Source: Vairimorpha necatrix
Taxonomy: Eukaryota
Direction: 5' to 3'
DNA: 64,000 nucleotides
NCBI GenBank assembly: GCA_036630325.1
Contig: CP142728.1
Span: 558,001 to 622,000 of the forward strand
In this document: piece by piece, positions 21,741 to 34,022 of the stretch
How positions within the stretch are numbered: the stretch's first letter is position 1
How the letters are laid out: every line of letters begins with the position of its first letter
Position numbers and translations under genes: made by a program
Notes under the pieces: model-generated
Seen by the model: the letters and a program-made list of their open reading frames with translations, nothing else
What the model was told of the DNA's origin: nothing
The model's database searches: none

Positions 21741-23601
21741 AAAGGGCAAATAATGATTCAATGTTTTTTTGTATGTAAACATAGCTATTAATGATTCCTT
21801 AATTGAAATTTTTTTGTAATTTTTAACTATAGAATTTTTTAATATTTTGATTTGTCTACTGGCAACAGTTTGATATTTTATGTAGTGTCTGGCTTTAAAG
21901 CTTTAATTAAACAAAATATCCAAGTAATCTGTCATTTAACTTAGATAAAATGAATATTTAGAATATGTACCTAGATTTTATAATATTTCATTAATGTTTT
22001 GATAATGTCTTCAACATATTTTATTCATAGTAGATAAGCCGTATGGTTTGTGTTAGTTTTTTATTTTGAATGATCAATGTAGATGTAAAAAACTTATACA
22101 GCCTCTGTGTATTAAGACAAGTCAAGATAATTTTGTACAAAGTGCCGTGGGATGATGTGTTACAATTATCTCATTATTATACAACAAACTAAAGCTAAAT
22201 AGTTGAAACGAAAACAACATAAAGCTCAAAAAATTGATTTTTTTGTAAGTCTTATCTTATAAATTTGCGAAAGGTAGACACGGAAGTAGATGCATAAATA
22301 GAGCTAAATGTTGGAACAAGTTTTTCATAATTGTGAGAAGTAGCTCATAATCTTCATTGATCCATGTATTAACATAATACAGAAACACTTATAGTCAATA
22401 AAATTATTTTGTATGATATTACATAGTCAATTATATAGATAATATTAATATTAATTGTAAAAATTTAAATCTAAATATATTACTTCTCTACGGCTTCAAG
22501 AAGTATCAAAAATTATGTACAATTATGATAAAAAACGAGTAATAATAGATAATTCGTACATTTCATTGTAAGATATTCAGTAAGGATTGGCTAGTAATAA
22601 TATTACATCTTTTGTGGTGTATACTTTTTTAGTTATTTATGTTTAAACCGATTATGAGCTAAAAAACACTAGGATATCAATATAAGACACATATTCTAAC
22701 AATCTGAAAAAAGTTAATAGGAAAAAGAACCCAGAATTAATATTTTAAGATTATTTATCAATAAATAAAAATTTGCCCTTTTTAGAAATCAAATCTTCCT
22801 TCTTCCAATAATCGGCATTATCATGTAAAATATTTACATATATATCCTTAAAACTTCTATCGTAAAAAAATAATATTTACCCTTAAAAATTTATATACTA
22901 AATAAGTCAATATATTATTTTTATCGTATATGAACGAATTTTGATCAATATTAATTTTAAACAAAAGTTTTCATAATGATGCGATTTGAAAAAAAGATCA
23001 TAACTAATAATATATTTTCGTATTTATGAAAACTAAATAAAATTATTATACTTATTTAATATTAACATTTCTTGATAACATAAACATATTTATAAGTTAA
23101 TATAAAAAAGCGGAAAACTTCTTGTGACTAACAATGAATACTACTTGTATAAAAACCAAAAAAAAATTAATATAATTTCGAGACGTAAATGACAATATTT
23201 ATCTAAAACATTAAAACGAGCAAAAGATACAACCGATAAGCATATGCAATGATATTCATAATTCACACTGTTTAGAATATAATAAAAAAATTTAACTCTT
23301 AACTTACAATTATCTTTAACACACGCCTTACAATCCATATTATGAATTTTGATTATGTGTGGAAAGCAAAAATACAAAGAAAAATAACACAAAAAAACAT
23401 TTCAAAAGTAGAATAGAAATAACCATTAGTAGATTTACAATTAAAATTTTTTTTGTGTTCATATATATAACAGTGACTTGAATTGTAATAATTGATCGTA
23501 TGAATCCGATTAAAAAAAAATTATGATTGTTTTAAAAATTTTATGTGCATTGCGTACAATTACGAATAGATTTATATTAAATAATCTTCTACTATATCCT
23601 C

Positions 23602-24400
23602 ATGATTTGCGCTTTATATATTGTCTTTAATAAATGTTATCTAGTATATGATGATCATTTTAAGACCTATGAAGAACACGTTCGTTTGAATGATACTTCT
23701 GATAGTTATCAAAAATTTAATTATGATAATATTTATCAAAAAAAATATCAGGATGTGAATCTAGATCATTTTAATAAAATATCAAGAGATATCTTCTATA
23801 GTATCAATGAACACCCCGTGTTGTGGTCAGAATAATTACAGGAAAACATGAGTTTAATTATTTACTATATTTAAAGATCAATGTTATTTATCAATCACTG
23901 ATTAAGTGATTAATCTTTGATATGTCGTGCTTACAACACCCCGATAAAAAAAATAAAAATGATGATTTACTGGCTAAGAACAACAGAATTAACTCTAATA
24001 TTTTATTCAGTTCTTTTAAACATTACTTAGATGAGTTTATTTCAGGTAAAACATATGATTTAATATGCTTGTATGCTTTGTAATTTATAGAATCTTTGGC
24101 TTATAACAGTTTAAGATAAATTTTGCAACTAGCCAGTACGAAAAAAATTTGACGAATATATAGAAAACAGAGAAAATATAAAAATCCGAGATTTTTAAGT
24201 GTGAAATTATAGACTAAATATTGTGAAAACGAAATTATTCAACCTTTTAATGCAGAAAAATTAACAGGATTTATATATTGTTAAGCGATGTAAATCTTAG
24301 TGAAAAAACTTAATGATAGAAGATACGCGCCCATCCGTACGACAACAACAGCCAAGCCGTTTGTACTAAATGATTTTAAATAGTTTCATTGGAAAGAACA
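23602..24400 (+). pseudogene. Degenerate paralog of the secreted family, interrupted by a solo LTR
   Basis: NLDHFNKISRDIFYSINEHP before the insertion. After it come FKHYLDEFISGKTYD, ESLAYNS and RRYAPIRTTTTAKPFV, with stops and frameshifts. Confidence 0.8.
23819..23938. mobile_element. Solo LTR (120 bp)
   Basis: TGTTGT...ACAACA inverted termini and 5-bp TSD CCCCG (23814-23818, 23939-23943). Confidence 0.85.
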
Positions 24401-24929
24401 GTTGAGGTGATTTGTAGATTAAGTAGTGCATGATACAACAAAATGTTTGCTTATAAAATAGTTTGTTTTTTAGGTTTTATATAAAAGTGTTAATTTTTTA
24501 TCGAAGATGTATTTATGTGAAATAAAATGCGAATATAAATTTAGTGCTTCGTAGTATACGAATTATCGTAAAATACTACTCCAACAGCCTTATGCATTTA
24601 TTTTCCTCATCTGTTTCTATAGGACTTTTTATAATATGTTTACTATCATAGAGAAAATATATATAATTTTTTTTCGACATTATTTTTTGAATGGCCATAT
24701 TTTTCAGAACCTCATTGATAACTTCAACAGACTAAATGAATCATTGCGTCAAAAACAGTACAGAAACTATTTTAATCTATAACGTTTATTCTAATTTGAC
24801 TAAAATTAATATTGCTTTCTCATCTTACTCTTTTGTTTAAAATCTCATTGAAAAAAAGAATTATAAAAAGGAGACCAAAACTAGGACAAAAAATTTTATT
24901 CGTGCAACTCTATCATTATGTAAAATATA

Positions 24930-27900
24930 TGTATTTATTTTCCATAATGGGGTTCAAAAATATAAGAATATATAACATCACCCCTAAGACGGTTAGTCTC
25001 CTACGTCATCATCAACCCTAAGCAGATCTTTTAAGTCATAGTGTCTCTTCTTAACTAATCGTCCATTCATAATTTAACTACATAAGAATCCCCTGGACAC
25101 ACAATCCTAATCATCCCAATATCCAAAAACCTACCTTTTTCATACTTATTAGACCCCTTTAAATTTTTACTCTTAGCAACTTGCACTCTCTGTCCTTCGA
25201 CGAACTTGTCTCTATATCTCTTTTTAAATCGACTACTATAATCTCCTTCTGGTCCATTTCTTAGCATTACATTGCCGTATTATCTTTAACTGCCTCAAAC
25301 GGTGTGCATCTTAGACCTTCATGGTAACTATTATTATAAATCTCAAAGGCCTTCATAACTCTTTCTTCAAAGCTATTTTTGGGATTCATTTTTAAAACAG
25401 ATTCTCTCAACGTACCAATAACTCTTTCAACTTCCCTATTGCTTTTATGTGATTCAATACTGGTCTTTCTGTGAGTTATATCCAACTTTCTGCATAACTC
25501 TCGAAATTCCTCATTTTCAAATTCTTTCCCATTGTCCATATGATTTCTTCTGGTCTTTTACCATTCTACAAAAATTTTCTATAAATCCAGTTATCGAGGT
25601 AGCTTGCTTATCTTTCAACACTCAACCTCATGCGACTCTCGTATAGTAATCAATAACCACTAAAACGAATTTCCTGAAATCTCCATAATCGATTAAATCT
25701 ATTGCCTCCTTTTCTAGGTATCTACTTGTCGCAATAAAATCGCATCCTCCTGATTTTTTCCTATTGTATTTTTGGCATTTTCACATATTTTTATCATCAT
25801 CTTTATATCTTCTTTAATTCCTGGCCAATAATACTCAAACTTTATAGCATAATAGACACTTCCTAGTCCTCTGTGGGCCTGTTCTTCATGGTACCTTTTC
25901 ATTAACTCTAACCTATCACCTACTGCAGGTATTTCTGCTCTACGGCCCGAATCAAAAATCCAGTACTCCTTGTCCCCGACTTTCTCAATGTGCTTATACC
26001 ATTTTCCCGTCATCTGTTTCACTGTTCTTTGTCTAATTATTTCTCTCTTAGGTTCATTTTCCTCATGAATTCTGCTCAATGCATCAGCAACAACCATCTG
26101 ATCGGGTTGCCTGTACTCAATTTCAAAATCAAACTCTTGGATCATCTCTATCCACCTGTTAATCCTATTATTATTAAAACATGGCTTTCTTCGTATTTCT
26201 GCTAAAGCCTTATGATCAGTTTCAACCTTAAACTTTCTTCCTCTTAATTAATACTCAAACTTCTTTATGCCCCAATATACGGCATACATCTCTTTCTCGC
26301 TAATTCCGTATCTAGTTTCCGTCGGAGTAAATTTCTTTGATGCCCATTGTACCGGCACCCATTCCTCTTTTTCATTTTTCTGCATAAGTACAGCTCCCAT
26401 ACCAATATTACTCGCATCCGTTCTTAATAAAAATTCTTTTTCGTAATTAACAATCCTCAATTTCCCTAAATTCTTAAGCACTTTTTTCATATTCTCAAAT
26501 TCAATATCCAACTCCTCAGTCCAATTCCAACTTTTGTTTTTCCCTCTTAAGCAATCTGTCATGTGTATCGTTTTCTCTGCGTAGTTCTTTATAAATTCTC
26601 TAAACCAACCACTTAATCCTAAAAATCTTCTTACGTCGGTTACATTTTGCTGCTTTGGAAATTCTAATGCTTCTTTTTTTATCTCGGATGGCATCATATC
26701 CTGCCATTCAATACTACTCCTAATAATTTAACTTCTGATTGACGATACTGTATCTTCTTCGAGTTTAATCTCAGGTTATTCTCTTCTAACAGTCTCATTG
26801 CCTCTAAAAACAATTTGTCGTGTTCTTCTCTAGTCTTGGCATGTATCACAATATCATCCATGTAAACTTCTATTCCTCTTCCCAAATACTTCTCAAAAAT
26901 CTTATTCATAATCCTTTGCATGATCTGTGGCGAATTTTTAAACCCCATGACCATGCTGTTAAACTCGTATACTTTCTTATCAAACTCAAACGCGGTCTTA
27001 TGCTTATCCGCTTCTTCTATCTCAACCTTATAAAAGGCTTCTTTAAGGTCAATAACACTCATAATCTTCGAGCCTTGCGTGAACCTAATAATATCCCTGA
27101 TGTTACACAACTCATATGGATCCTTCTCTACTAAATCGTTCAGGGCCATAATATTACTGACCAAACGTATGATCCCATCCGACTTAACTATAGCCTTTAT
27201 CGGATTCCGCCATTCAGAGGTTGGTCTTTTAATTACATTTATTTTCTCTAAATCCTCTAAGTGCTTCATTAATTCGTTTTTATGCGCTTAAGGAATCATC
27301 TGTCCCTTCCTAACGACTTTTTTCCCTGCTTCTGTCTGAATTTACATTTCTCTATTTTACAATACTTAATTTTTCCCTTATTTTCATCAATCACGTTTTT
27401 AAATTTCTTCTTAACATCTTCTAAGTCGGCCTCTTGAATGTTGTCGTCTCATAACTTCCCTTCTTAATATCTTTTATTTCCCCAGTTCGTTTCCATAGTG
27501 AAACGGGCCTAACTTCTATCTGTTTCTTTTGCCTTTTACCAGCCCACGTATTCCTGTAATATTTTCCATCGCTGCTGCTACTGTCCTCTCGATATATCTT
27601 CTCGCATTCTTGTTTATTTCTCTCCTCTCTGTATCTATTATAACATCTATTACCTTTATGTCCTAACCTTTCACAATAAAAACATCCCATTGTTCTCAAA
27701 TAACGTTTCCTACGCTCTATCTCCTCTGTATATGTTTCTTTTGTCAACTTCTTTGTGACCTCTTCAATCATTCTAAATCTCTCTTTTACATCTTCATAAT
27801 CTTTAACAATCTCTTTTAATCGTATTCCTATCATGTCATGGTGATCCTCTAAACTTATTCTCATAACCATAAAAATTTTTCAGCTCCAAACTTCCTTTTT

Positions 27901-28091
27901 CAAAAATAATTTTCTTCAAATCTTCATCGCTTCTACACTCAATAACTTTGATCTCATACATAATAATCTTATATTCTTGCAATAGTTTTCTGGCCTCTTG
28001 ACCACAGCCAACACTTGTTAACTCACGATTTGGTATCGCCCCATGTATTTATTCTCCATAATGGGGTTCAAAAATATAAGAATATATAACA
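24930..28091 (-). mobile_element. Ty3/gypsy LTR retrotransposon 2 (degenerate) with 48-bp LTRs
   Basis: LTRs at 28044-28091 and 24930-24977 with one mismatch. Imperfect TSD ATATA/AGATA. Fragmented Gag (CFYCERLGHKGNRC), RT (YMDD), RNase H and integrase ORFs. Confidence 0.93.
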
Positions 28092-29110
28092 AGATATTAT
28101 GATAGTGATAATCCAATTTTAACTTCAACCAAGCTTTCTGTTTTAAATTATAAGCATTTATTATGCCTATAAGATTTGTACCTTATTTCATAAGTTTGAC
28201 TATTTTAGAGCTAATATAATTAAATTTATACGATAAAACAAACAAAACTTATCAAATATTGGGGCTATGAGGGAAATTACACTCCAAAGCGTTTCAACCT
28301 CCCCCCCCCCCACTTCTTTAAAATTACAAAACGCACGAATTTTTACTTTTTATATATTTTTTTTTCTAGGGGGGGGCGATTTCCCAAGCTATGGTCCCTT
28401 CCCCTTTTCTTTCCCATTTTTCTTACCCTTCATGCTAGCAAGGATATTAAAATAGGTGGGTGAACTTAGTCTTTAAAATCCCTTGTTCCAAGATAACGAT
28501 CTCGCAATTACGCTTTTGGTAGAATTAGATGTTGTGGTGTTACCACCAGGGAGGAGGCCTGTTTGTAGGTAGCATTCGATGATGCTCCTTCCTGCAATAG
28601 ATATAGTATATTTTTATTTAAATTGTGTTTATTGTATTTCCCCGATGGGCTAGTTTAGTTCCTCGTGTGAGGAGGTAAGGTATGAGAGACCTTCCCGACG
28701 TCACTGTATCTGTCTTTGTTTCCAGTTCTTCTCATCTTCCAAAAATAGGGGTAAAGTAAAAAGAAAATATTTATAGCAAAATATTTTCTAGAAAATTCAT
28801 TTGAGGGAAATAAATAAAAATAAAATAATGTGGTAAATAATACCACAGATGTAAAAAAATTCTACCATTTCACGTGTCTCAAAGTCATGCCTAGGAAACA
28901 TGTCTATTGCTAGAGTTTCTTTCTTTATTGATGGGAAAGGGTATAGATGTACCGTAAACGATTGCACAAGCAAACGTAATTTGAAAAAGCACAAAAATTT
29001 TAAAATGATTATCGAATTAAAAAGATCCCGAGGTGTTAATATTGGTGGGCCTTATCTTACTCTAATTTTCAAGCTCTCAATTTTTGCAAAATAGCCGAGT
29101 CCACATTTTA

Positions 29111-32100
29111 TGTTATATATCCTTATTATTTTTACCCCTCATTATGGAAAATAAACACATGGGGGCGATACCAGAAAATGGGTCTACAAAGGAGGACCGT
29201 GGCCAAGAGGCTAGAATATTATTAAAAGAGGTTAAAAGGATTGTTTATGAGTTGTTTTTAGAGGAAATTGATGAGTGTGGATTTAAATTAGAAATTTTTA
29301 GGAGAGGTTCTATTTTATTGAGAAATTTTATTGTTGAGAGGATCTCGCAAGAGGGTAGTTGGAAGGAAATTGAGGAAAAATTAGAGTTGCTAGCTATTCA
29401 GGAGGAAAAGGAACAAGTGAGAAAAAAAGAATTTGAAGAGTTGTCCCTAGCGTTATGGGCTAAATTTGAGGAGAAGAATAAGTTGTCTCGTGAGGAAAAT
29501 AAAAAGAATATGCGTTGCTACAATTGTGGGAAGTTAGGCCATAGTGTTAGATTTTGTAGGGGAATGAGGCGAGATTCTGAAGACAGAAGAAATAAAAGTA
29601 GTTTTAATTATGTTGGTAAATGTAAAGTGCAATTAGACTTAGAGGGTAAATGTGATGACGATTCCAATTCGGACAAATGTGATTATTATAATGTTGATGG
29701 TGGGAAACGTAAGAAGAAAAATTTAGGGGATATACAAGATTATAGCAAAAGGGACAATAATAAGAGAGTTCTGTTGAGAAGGGATGTAAGAGGCATCGCG
29801 TATTTAGAGGAGATTATTTCACGGGTAGGAGGAAGAGAGGATGAAGATATTAGTTTTTGTAAGGTTGAAAAATGTATTATCAAGACTCAAGAAGGCAAGA
29901 AAGTTGTTAAAAAAGGGCAGGCTATAGCTCAGGCTTTGTTGAAGAAGACGGAAGATTATATTAATAGTTTGGAAAGAAGAAAGATAATTAGAAGGTCGAC
30001 ATCTGACTGGAGAAATCCCATTAGAGCGATTGAGAAACCGAATGGTGATATAAGATTAGTAAGTAATTTAATTGCTCTTAATGACATTGTAGAGAAGGAT
30101 CCTTATGAGTTAACTAGGATAAGAGATGTTATTAGAAGTACACAGGGATCTGAATTTTTTACCGTGATAGATCTAAAGGAGGGTTTTTATAGTATTGAGA
30201 TTGAAGAGAAGGATAGGTTTAAGACGGCTTTTGAGTTTAATAAAAAGGTATACGAGTGGAATTCGATGGTCATGGGGTTTAAAAACTCACCGCAGATATT
30301 ACAAAGAATAATGAATGGGATTTTTGAAAAATTTATTGGTAAGGGAATCGAAATTTATATGGATGATATTGTGATTCATAGTAAGACAAGAGAGGGTCAC
30401 GACAAATTGTTGAAAGAGGCTGTGGATATATTAGAGGAGAATAGTATGAAAATTAATTTGGCTAAGGTTCAATTATGTAAACGAGAGGTGATGTTGTTAG
30501 GAGTAACAGTTAATGGCAAGGAGATACTGCCATCTGAAATAAAGCAAAATGAAGCGTTAGAATTTACCAAACCGGAGTGTGTATCAGATGTTAGGAAGTT
30601 TCTTGGGCTGGCTGGATGGTTTAGAAATCATATTGATAATTATGCAAAACGTACATTGGCGTTGACGGATTCTCTTAAAGGACGAGGAAGTAATTGGAAA
30701 TGGACAGAAGAAATGGAAAAAGAATATATTAGTTTAAGGGAAGTGATTAGGGATTTAAAAGGTTTAGCAATTGTTAATTATAATAAGGAATTTTTGTTAC
30801 GCACGGATGCGAGTAATGTTGGAATGGGTGCTGTTTTAATGCAGGAAGATGATCAAGGTAATTGGGTACCAGTACAGTGGGCATCAAAAAAGTTTACGCC
30901 TACGGAAACGAGATATGGAATCAGTGAGAAGGAGATGTATGCAGTCTTTTGGGGAATTAAAAAGTTTGAATATGAACTACGCGGAAGAAGATTTAGGGTA
31001 GAAACTGATCATAAGGCATTGATCGAGATTAGAAATAAACCAGCATTTAACAATAATAGAATTAACAGGTGGATTAAAAAGATTCAAGAGTTCGACTTTA
31101 GCATTGAATATAGAGAGCCTAGTACCATGGTTGTAGCAGATGCACTGAGTAGGGTACATGAAAATGAGAAAACGCTAATGAATAAGGAGAGAAGTATTAA
31201 ACAGGCACAGGGTAAATGGGACAAGCATGTTAAAGTTGTTGATGGGAAGGAAATTTGGGTATTTGACTCTGGTAGAGAAGCGGAGATTCCAAAGAAAGAA
31301 TTGCGTGAAGGTTTAATTGTCAATGCTCATGAAAATTTGGGACATAGAAGTTTAGGATCAGTGTACTATGCAATGAAGTTTGAATTTTATTGGCCGGGTA
31401 TGAAGAAGGATATCGAGGATGTTTTAAAGAAGTGTGAAGTTTGCCAAATATATAATAGGAAAAAGAGTGGTGGTTGTGATTTTGTTAGTTCAAGATTTTA
31501 TTTGGAAAAGGTTGCTTTGGATTTGATTGAGTTTAGAGATTTAGGGAAATATGTGTTGGTCGTGATTGATTATTATACTAGGATCGTTTGGGGAAAAGTA
31601 ATAGAGGACAAACGCGGAAGCTCGGTTGTAGGATTTTTAAAACAGTTGTGTGGATCAGGAATGAAACCGGTAGAAATAATTACTGACAACGGTAAAGAAT
31701 TTAGTAATGAATATATGAGGAATTGGTGTTCAGAGGAAAATGTATTACATAGGAAAGTAAGCGTAGAAAGTCATAGAAGTAATGGAAGAGTGGAAAGGGC
31801 AATAGGAACCATAAGAGAAGGAATATTGAAAGATGATGCTGTGGATTTTGAAGCCAAGGTTAATAGATGTATATGGCGTTATAATAACAGCTATCATGAA
31901 GGGTTGAGATGTACACCGTTTGAGGCCTCAAGAGACGAAACGGGCCATGTTATGATCGAGAATGGACCTGAAGGATTTTATAGTAGGAGGTTTGTGGCTC
32001 GCAAAAGAGAGAAATTCTATAAAGGTCAGAGAGTTAGGGCAGCGAAGAAAGAGAACTTATCGGGTTGTAGTAAGTATGAGAAAGGAAGGTTTTTAGGATA

Positions 32101-32294
32101 TGGTGTTATCAAGGAAGTTTGCGGAGGTGACTCGTACTTAGTTAGTTTGGAAAATGGTAGGATCGTGAAAAAGCGGCATTATGATTTAAAAGGTCTGCTT
32201 GGGATTAATGAGTTCTAGTATGAGACTACCGTCTTGGAGGGGGGATGTTATATATCCTTATTATTTTTACCCCTCATTATGGAAAATAAACACA
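29111..32294 (+). mobile_element. Ty3/gypsy LTR retrotransposon 3, apparently intact, with identical 49-bp LTRs
   Basis: Identical LTRs at 29111-29159 and 32246-32294, TSD TTTTA, PBS TGGGGGCGATACC, and a purine tract immediately before the 3' LTR. Confidence 0.97.
29144..32218 (+). CDS. Single-ORF Gag-Pol (mini-Gag with CCHC, RT, RNase H, integrase; no evident protease)
   Basis: Uninterrupted 1024-codon frame from the LTR-internal ATG: CYNCGKLGHSVRFC, IDLKEGF, YMDD, TDAS...SEKE...TDHKAL, H-x4-H...CEVC, and LDL...TDNGKEF...NGRVER. Confidence 0.93.
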   Translation: MENKHMGAIPENGSTKEDRGQEARILLKEVKRIVYELFLEEIDECGFKLEIFRRGSILLRNFIVERISQEGSWKEIEEKLELLAIQEEKEQVRKKEFEELSLALWAKFEEKNKLSREENKKNMRCYNCGKLGHSVRFCRGMRRDSEDRRNKSSFNYVGKCKVQLDLEGKCDDDSNSDKCDYYNVDGGKRKKKNLGDIQDYSKRDNNKRVLLRRDVRGIAYLEEIISRVGGREDEDISFCKVEKCIIKTQEGKKVVKKGQAIAQALLKKTEDYINSLERRKIIRRSTSDWRNPIRAIEKPNGDIRLVSNLIALNDIVEKDPYELTRIRDVIRSTQGSEFFTVIDLKEGFYSIEIEEKDRFKTAFEFNKKVYEWNSMVMGFKNSPQILQRIMNGIFEKFIGKGIEIYMDDIVIHSKTREGHDKLLKEAVDILEENSMKINLAKVQLCKREVMLLGVTVNGKEILPSEIKQNEALEFTKPECVSDVRKFLGLAGWFRNHIDNYAKRTLALTDSLKGRGSNWKWTEEMEKEYISLREVIRDLKGLAIVNYNKEFLLRTDASNVGMGAVLMQEDDQGNWVPVQWASKKFTPTETRYGISEKEMYAVFWGIKKFEYELRGRRFRVETDHKALIEIRNKPAFNNNRINRWIKKIQEFDFSIEYREPSTMVVADALSRVHENEKTLMNKERSIKQAQGKWDKHVKVVDGKEIWVFDSGREAEIPKKELREGLIVNAHENLGHRSLGSVYYAMKFEFYWPGMKKDIEDVLKKCEVCQIYNRKKSGGCDFVSSRFYLEKVALDLIEFRDLGKYVLVVIDYYTRIVWGKVIEDKRGSSVVGFLKQLCGSGMKPVEIITDNGKEFSNEYMRNWCSEENVLHRKVSVESHRSNGRVERAIGTIREGILKDDAVDFEAKVNRCIWRYNNSYHEGLRCTPFEASRDETGHVMIENGPEGFYSRRFVARKREKFYKGQRVRAAKKENLSGCSKYEKGRFLGYGVIKEVCGGDSYLVSLENGRIVKKRHYDLKGLLGINEF

Positions 32295-32729
32295 TTTTAT
32301 GAATTAAAAATATTTTAATGGATATTATAAGCGAGACTCCTTTGGGAATAAAAAAGTTAGAGGTAGAGAAATGCAAGGATACAATTCGATAAACTGCCAT
32401 ATGCAATGGCTTAGTGATTGATATTCCATCATCTTTACACGACGATACTTCTAATGTACAATGGACATTTGGAGGAGTTGTAGAAAGTGATGAGACGAAT
32501 TTTTTGTTTCATCAATTCCTAACAGAAAACATGAAACTTTATTAGAATAATTTAAAAAACATTCACTTCCTGAACTGTTATTATTACTGATGGATACTTA
32601 TCATAACCCCAAAGCCGTGGCTAATTTTGGATCTGAGCATGAGATAGTCAACCATAGCAAAGGATTTGTTAACAGCAAGTGTAAATATACAAATAAGATT
32701 GAAAATTTATGGTTCTACTTAAAACACAT

Positions 32730-34022
32730 GGCGTTACTTAAAAATCCGCCCCCTTCCTAAAAAAAATTACATTGACCAATTAAATTTATAAAAAAAAAAT
32801 ATTTTTAACCCTTAAAATTATATTTAAAACAATATTTTTATGAAAATATGAATCTACAAAAGTTAAAATATTTAAGAAAACAGTTATAACATATTATTTA
32901 GTTCAAAAATTTAATTACTTTAACATAGAAAAAATACAATTATTTTTACGAAGGCTAATTTGATTGTAAATGATTTTGAATATTCTATATTTTCTTTTTT
33001 CCATTTAAACTCATCTATTAACATTTAATTCTTATTTTATTCATTCCTCCACGCTTTCTATAATCATGCTTAAGATGCGACCACATATTTTCTACATAAT
33101 TTGTATTTTGTCCTTCTTCATTAAAATCCCATAGAGTGATTTACCACACTATGGTGAGAACCAAATTCACTTATAGCACGTGGATAGGATGGATAACCAT
33201 CAGTTACTATATCCGTGCCTACTTTTACATATTTTTTTAATACTAGTAAAATCGTTTCCCATTTTCTATTGGGTATTAGTTCCACAAAAAACTCTCTACA
33301 ATTTCCTTCGAATACACCTCCTATTATCCACCGAATTCCAGGTTTAGAATCCAATCGACTAGGCGGATTCGATACTATAATTCCATTACAAATAGCTGTT
33401 TCGTCTATTTGTATCCTCCGACCAACTCCACCTATCGTTGTAACAACAGTAGAAGACTTGGAAATTGTTTCCATTATTATTTCTTTTACAGAAATATATG
33501 TTGGTTCAGAAGTTTCACACATGTTGATAGCCTGAAAATATGTATATGACAAACACCAACAATAAATGCAACGAAGAATTTTTTAAATTCAATATCTAAA
33601 GATTCAAATTTAGAACCTTTATCTAATGAACATCTTCGTTTAAAATTTTTTAGCTACATTTGTACCCCTTTCCTTGAGAAAACAAAGATATGTTTTGAAT
33701 GAACATAATTCCTTTGCACTGATCATTAGTGCAGGGAATACAAGGATATAACAAGTTGTTCTTCAATCCGCAGTCGATTGCCCTGTCATTATCAGTGAAA
33801 ATAGGATTGAATGGATTGAATTGAAGCATTTCGTCCATCATCCTGTTCATTATAAGGGAAAGATAAAATAAAAAAAAATTTCACGTTCAAAATACCATTA
33901 CTTAAAAATTCGCACCCCCTGGAAAAGAGGCCCTTTAAAATTTGATTTTATCTCATTTTATACCAAATAATTTTTTTTCAGCGAACGTATTTTTTAGGGG
34001 GGGCGAATTTTTAACTAGCGCC
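32730..34022 (-). mobile_element. Merlin/IS1595-like transposon with disrupted transposase
   Basis: TIRs GGCGTTACTTAAAAATCCGCCCCC / GGGGGGGCGAATTTTTAACTAGCGCC, 8-bp TSD AAACACAT, and IQIDET, WIIGG, TDGYPSY, HSVVNHS motifs in split ORFs. Confidence 0.92.

Larger units (their letters stand above)
1..22062. repeat. Left arm of a giant gene-containing inverted duplication (may extend left of the window)
   Basis: Base 1 (TTTGTGTGCTGTGTCGCAACAAAGAAG) is the reverse complement of sequence ending at 59928. The same 14 genes occur in mirrored order. Homology ends at ~22062/~42891. Confidence 0.97.

Noticed and set aside
28261-28397. Possible small MITE with poly-C and poly-G tracts
   Set aside because: One end looks like a Merlin TIR, but the two ends match poorly and there is no TSD; at most a relic.
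28440-28760. GC-richer segment that might be an ncRNA or gene remnant
   Set aside because: No recognisable RNA motif, long ORF or terminal structure could be supported.
31254-31290. Conserved W.FDSGR motif as a misplaced aspartic-protease active site
   Set aside because: It lies directly before EIP...H-x4-H, the usual lead-in to the integrase zinc finger. There is no room for a ~100-aa retropepsin and it lacks the D[ST]GA context.
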